This document shows positions 61,601 to 64,000 of a stretch of 64,000 nt of DNA, piece after piece; position 1 is the first letter of the stretch; each line of letters begins with the position of its first letter. A model generated the notes under the pieces. It saw only the letters and a list, made by a program, of their open reading frames with translations, did not search any database and was not told the DNA's origin. The stretch is taken from assembly GCF_003918875.1 (NCBI RefSeq), contig NW_025767202.1, positions 2,542,001 to 2,606,000 on the forward strand, in the 5' to 3' direction. Source of the DNA: Haliotis rubra (lineage: Eukaryota). The translations under genes were made by a program, and so were the position numbers.

Positions 61601-64000
61601 GATGCAAGCTGTAGTCGATCCTAACATTGTTGAAACCCACGAGCTGAGTGTTATTACTCCCAAACCCTGAGTAATTCCTGGATGAACGCGGGTTCGAACT
61701 CATAATCCTAGGATCCTGACACTCAACACTAATATAACGAAGCACAATATGTCACGCCAACCTGCAGCATGAAAATGAATCCATGTGAATCAGTGCTTTA
61801 TACAAGATATATACCCATGGAATCAGTAAGGTATTTTCATGTTATTTACAACAGCTTGTTGTAACGAGGCGATGTATCAAGTTTTGCTTTGAAGTAACGA
61901 ATATTCAGATTCGTCCAAATCAGTGTATCTTTCTTGTAAATTAACACACGCAACATGTGATACAATGCCACTTCTAACTGAATATTTCAGCATGGTTAGT
62001 GGATCATCTAGGATTTATCTCCAACATACAACGAAAACATTTCTATGAAAATTTGACTCGTTAAAAATACAGCAATCATCTTGTGTAAATGGTAATAAAC
62101 GGTGTGGCTAAGTGAAAGTGAATATCAAAGAGCATCACATCACTGATGAACCAATTGACCTCTCATTAGAAACCGGAGATATTAGTGTCCAGGTTTATTG
62201 AGTGGAAAAGATAATTAAGGAATTTCAGGCGGGACCATTCTTGAGAATATTTCCTGTTTACCCAAGCAGCTATACATCTACATTTCAGCCTCTCATACAA
62301 GTTACATTATAATCCCTTTTTGAAGTTTTGGCGATCGATGCCTTCTGCCCTTTTCAAAGAAGACGCATCGCGTATTTTGATGTATATCTGCTGAATATTC
62401 CTTCTGTCATGAATAACATTTCTCATGCTCCCATCCCTGTGAACACCTAACTAGTGTTTGTGAGGGGTGTCTCCGTCAAGGGAGGATATACTCACTTTAT
62501 GCTCACACGGGGCATCATCACTATCTGAAAGTACGATCGACACTGTTTTTTATGGAGCTTTGTTTTGTTCTGATAATGAATAGGGCTTTGTTTCTGTTCT
62601 ACTTGATGATTACGACAATGGCGTCAATGATGGGAATATCCACCCCTCAGTAACAGTAATCCTACTTCTGAAATTAGGTCGAGGCAAGAGTATACCAAGG
62701 CAGGGAGTGATTACACTAAGTGTTCGTCATAAAATACTGTGGCTTGAGATTATGTGAGATAAGAGGCAATGGCTGGCTCCCCTTATATCCCCAACAACAA
62801 GATGCTAGAAACGTCTTCACTATGGTAGATAATTTTGAAAAACTGTCCCTGCATCCCTTTCCAGATGATTGAGTCCAAAACTTGAGCTGGTCTAAATATA
62901 GCACACACCTGCCCCGGATTAAATCTCCGGCCACAATGTATAACACATTTCAATGAGAATGTATCATCCCTCATTTGTCACAGGGAAATGGATTCGTAGT
63001 CAGTGTCGAAAATCTGTCTGCGTTAACAGGACTATTCTCACTATTTGATGTCGGCCAGATTTGAGAACAAGTGATTGAGGAAAAAGTTCTTGAAATAGCC
63101 AAATCACGAAACCTGAACTACCGGCCATTTGGTTGCATCGTTCTTCAAGCCTCTGTTTCCTGGTTTATACTCCAACGCAGAATGCCCACCAGAGTACAGT
63201 GCAAGTATATCTGCAATATGATTATGACAGTTTTACTTGAATAATTATTATTTGCTAGCCATTGATTCATAAACACGTCTTTATCATAGTTGGAATGAGC
63301 TGACTATTAAATTTAACTAGAGATTGTTTATGATAGTGGAAAGTGTTTTGTTGCCTCTGCTTACACTACTGGTTGCATCACAACATTATCTGTAATCGTA
63401 AGACTCTAGGTGGGTAATGCAGGTTTATCAAAGGGGATATACGACTCTTGGACGACAGCCGTTTGATCAGCGTTACAGCATTAACAACATCACAGAAGTT
63501 TTCAAAATGTGCAATGATAGGACATATTACATAGAGGATATATAACGATTGAAAGAACTAGTTACCACAAATGATCATCGACGGTCGATGGGAATAGATT
63601 GCTGAAAAGGTTTGGTCGCATTATTCAAGCATACGTATACTATAAGTATTTTGTCGAGGACCACTTACCAGCAGTCATGATACGAAACAGAGCCTGTCAC
63701 CATAGGCCGCACATCAGATGGATGAACAGACTTCCCGATGATCAGTTAGGCTGTGTTTAAAGGGTGGAACATTGTCTCCCGATCAAAGAGACATCAAACA
63801 TATCACACAACACGACAAGCTAACTTGAAAAGGATCAACTCGATGTGTTTGTAAATAGCAGTAAAATGACGCATTAGAGAGACACAAATGTTGTTTGATG
63901 GAATGCCTTGTACGAGTTGTATCCACGTGACCTTGTGGTTGCTCAGAGTCAGTTCCTCGAAAGTGTGGGATAGTTAAGAACTTCTCTACTTGCTCAGACT
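58640..64000. repeat. Segmental duplication, copy 2 (of 42590-48580), running off the window end
   Basis: Colinear with copy 1 throughout. Confidence 0.97.
61118..61389. mobile_element. PIF/Harbinger-like MITE with 3-bp CTG TSD
   Basis: TIR gccccgatttctcgaaacaaacttaagt and its reverse complement, with ctg on both sides. The paralogous site at about 45956-45964 (gat-ctg-gac) is empty. Confidence 0.92.

Noticed and set aside
654-62974. The supplied short ORFs as real genes
   Set aside because: All are 134 aa or shorter and many start at non-ATG codons. Those with recognisable content are TE remnants or overlap SINEs, and paralogous copies do not preserve the frames.
1-64000. CRISPR-like array or a constant repeat separating the TE fragments
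   Set aside because: I saw no recurring short repeat at regular spacing or at fragment junctions. The recurring short elements are ordinary SINEs with their own TSDs.

Overview
Eukaryotic, AT-rich, repeat-dense DNA. The SINE families suggest a mollusc, probably a gastropod such as abalone (inference). I find no intact protein-coding gene. The supplied ORFs are short and either spurious or pieces of decayed transposon ORFs. The window has two layers. (1) An old layer of short, deletion-riddled retrotransposon fragments (Penelope-like RT and GIY-YIG, CR1, L2, RTE, RTEX-like, I/Nimb-like LINEs, plus an XPG/PIN-CXC-type relic). This layer has been copied as multi-kb blocks: about 2.2-9.0 kb vs 25.6-39.0 kb direct; 0.3-1.2 kb vs 9.2-11.0 kb direct; 14.6-17.0 kb vs 21.0-22.9 kb direct; 17.2-18.3 kb vs 24.5-25.7 kb inverted; about 40.7-48.6 kb vs 57.6-64 kb direct; plus a recent 3x ~2.97-kb tandem array at 29780-38691. 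(2) A younger layer of insertions, many with target-site duplications: tRNA-Asp-derived SINEs, a V-type SINE, a SINE without a tRNA head, LINE 3' ends, Tc1/IS630-type, Kolobok-like and Harbinger-like elements. The best leads are a minimal hammerhead ribozyme in a ~330-bp Penelope-derived unit, a structured and covarying 5' domain of the tRNA-less SINE (candidate ribozyme), a templated inversion at the tandem-array junction, and the replicated TE-fragment mosaic itself (possible piRNA-cluster-like locus). All alignments and translations were done by eye, so boundaries of degenerate fragments are approximate.
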